Assembly: GCA_030167865.1 (NCBI GenBank)
Contig: JALAGF010005473.1
Coordinates: 62,001-106,952, forward strand
Direction of reading: 5' to 3'
DNA from: Craspedostauros australis
Taxonomy: Eukaryota
Length of the DNA stretch: 44,952 nucleotides
The notes under the pieces were generated by a model. It did not search any database. It had not been told where the DNA came from and saw nothing but the letters and a program-made list of their open reading frames with translations. Each line of letters opens with the position of its first letter. The stretch's first letter is position 1. Shown one piece after another: positions 43,362 through 44,952 of this stretch. A program made the position numbers and the translations under genes.

Positions 43362-44951
43362 TCAATCCCATTCTTGCTTCAGCTTCTCCAACAGCTCATC
43401 CCACGACTTCACTTCGTCAAACAACCGATCCATGTCAACACTGCAAAATTCGCGCTTTTCGTACGCGATGCGTTGGAACGATGCTCGATGCGCCGCTTCG
43501 CCATCAGGCGAGGCGTACAACTCTGGCATCCATTTCTTCTCGATGGCAAGTGACATGTCGAGAAAGTCTTGAAGTTCAGTTTTCGTCGGGCATTTGAGCG
43601 GAAGATGAACCCTGGTCTTGTTGAGCGTTTCTCCGAAGTATTTTGCCAAATCGGTGGCCACCCCTGAGCGGATCTTGTTGGCCTGCATCTCCGCACTTAT
43701 GATGCTGCGATTGGCAGCTTCGAACACAATTCCGTTGAAGGTGTACCATTCCATGTCGCGAACGTTCTGGTGACGATCCCGCTCCTTGTTTTGCTTAGTT
43801 TTGCAGGCCTTGGGAGCATCTGGGATAGCGTCACAGAGCAGCTGCTCGCTCAGATCGCGTTGGGAATAAAGATTCATGACGTGGACGGGGAAGCCTGCAT
43901 TCCTCCACATCTGAATGGCGCCATCCATGAAGATAAAGATGCCAGCAATCGTCACCTTCTCGTGCTGGCCGTTGGGAACCGTTGTATTGGATTCGACCCA
44001 TTCCTGAATCATCTTCCAGGTGTCATCGTACGATTCCCCGCCATCAGAAGGCCATCGGCGGCACAGGGCGTCTCCCATCTGCGTCTTCATCCCGTTGTAC
44101 TGCTTCATGCTGCTGAGCATCCATTCGAAGGTACGCCTGTAAGTCACGACAAAGGACACGTTCCAATCTTGCAGCACGTGCTTGAAGACCCGAAAATAGA
44201 GCGGATGAGTAAAGACCCCGCCTGCCTCCAAGAGCATCTTGTGAGACCACCGTTCGTCGCTGAGAATCAGAGACAAGCCGTCGTTTTTCAATGCGCGCAG
44301 CACCATTCTCGTGTTTTTCATGCATCGCGGGAGCGCCGGCGAATACAAGAAAGCGGAAACATCCGTGTTGCTTGAGTTCGTGGATAGTATCCGATTCTCT
44401 TCCTCTTGCAGGACGGTGGCCGAACGGGACATGCAGCTTTCGTCGAATAGATTGTTGGCGTTCCGCATCTCGAGGCCTTGGTACAATTCTCTCGCGTGGC
44501 CTTTTCCAACGTAGGTGTAATTATCTTTGGCAAGGTCGTGGAAGGTTTGCAGATACTGCATGCGACGTTGGAGAGTCGTGGAGGCCGTCTTGGATGGTCC
44601 GACGTGGACGATGAGACGTGGCATCGTGCTCGCTGGTGCGGATGTCGCTCGTGGATGAGTAGGAGCAGCAGTGGCCGGTGCCGGTTCCATCGTGTTCATC
44701 GCCGAGACTTCGTGCACCTCAATGGGCATCCCCGCCTCCATCTCCGCGATGGGATCTTCCGGAGGAATGGAGTCGGGGCCCCAGTACAGAATGGATGACA
44801 TGAAAAACATGGATATTTGGAACAGCACGAGGAGGACGAGGAGCTTCGTCGTCGGCCGAGTCCGCTGCGGCGTGCCTTCGTTTCCATTGCTTGGGCGATG
44901 TCCACCGACCGTTGTATTCGTTCGAATGGGATTGATTTTGTTGTTGGTGCT
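43362..44951 (-). CDS. Sulfotransferase-like type II membrane protein, 5'-truncated by the window edge; paralogue of the gene at 3-1496
   Basis: The frame is open to the window end (...RPTTKLLVLLVLFQISMFFMSSILYW is a TM segment). Motifs IVHVGPSKTASTTLQ, LILSDE, VVTYRRTFEWMLS, LPLKCPT and FCSVD. Confidence 0.7.
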   Translation of the reverse strand, partial: STNNKINPIRTNTTVGGHRPSNGNEGTPQRTRPTTKLLVLLVLFQISMFFMSSILYWGPDSIPPEDPIAEMEAGMPIEVHEVSAMNTMEPAPATAAPTHPRATSAPASTMPRLIVHVGPSKTASTTLQRRMQYLQTFHDLAKDNYTYVGKGHARELYQGLEMRNANNLFDESCMSRSATVLQEEENRILSTNSSNTDVSAFLYSPALPRCMKNTRMVLRALKNDGLSLILSDERWSHKMLLEAGGVFTHPLYFRVFKHVLQDWNVSFVVTYRRTFEWMLSSMKQYNGMKTQMGDALCRRWPSDGGESYDDTWKMIQEWVESNTTVPNGQHEKVTIAGIFIFMDGAIQMWRNAGFPVHVMNLYSQRDLSEQLLCDAIPDAPKACKTKQNKERDRHQNVRDMEWYTFNGIVFEAANRSIISAEMQANKIRSGVATDLAKYFGETLNKTRVHLPLKCPTKTELQDFLDMSLAIEKKWMPELYASPDGEAAHRASFQRIAYEKREFCSVDMDRLFDEVKSWDELLEKLKQEWD

Positions 44952-44952
44952 G

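Noticed and set aside
1..44952. CRISPR arrays, prokaryotic operons or defence islands, rRNA/tRNA, intact transposons
   Set aside because: No regularly spaced repeats, transposase or reverse transcriptase motifs, or RNA-gene signatures were seen. The sequence is intron-containing eukaryotic DNA. Small RNAs could be missed by eye.

Overview
Eukaryotic nuclear DNA, almost certainly from a diatom. The evidence is GT-AG spliceosomal introns, microsatellite-rich UTRs and a silicanin-type silica-deposition-vesicle protein. I count 16 protein-coding genes. They are two sulfotransferase-like paralogues cut by the two window edges, a 1377-aa disordered nuclear-type protein, three type II membrane glycosyltransferase-like genes (two are close paralogues), a probable mitochondrial mS45/Bot1-like protein, GPATCH1, an EamA/DMT transporter, an RNI/LRR-like protein, a histidine phosphatase, a 3-exon silicanin, a 3-exon membrane-anchored sulfatase, two tandem AhpC/TSA peroxiredoxin-like genes and a STAND AAA-ATPase. 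Three things are not visible in the ORF track. (1) An 18-nt frame-preserving microexon (29014-29031) carries the sulfatase's metal-binding D-N residues. (2) An eroded ~5-kb tandem duplication (6471-11263 / 11264-16390) has a pseudogenised gene tail, an apparently lost mitochondrial gene copy and patchwork identity between the glycosyltransferase copies. (3) Predicted glycan-building, sulfating and desulfating secretory-pathway enzymes are concentrated around a silicanin. I recognised no rRNA, tRNA, CRISPR array or intact transposon. All family calls come from motif recognition by eye, not database searches.
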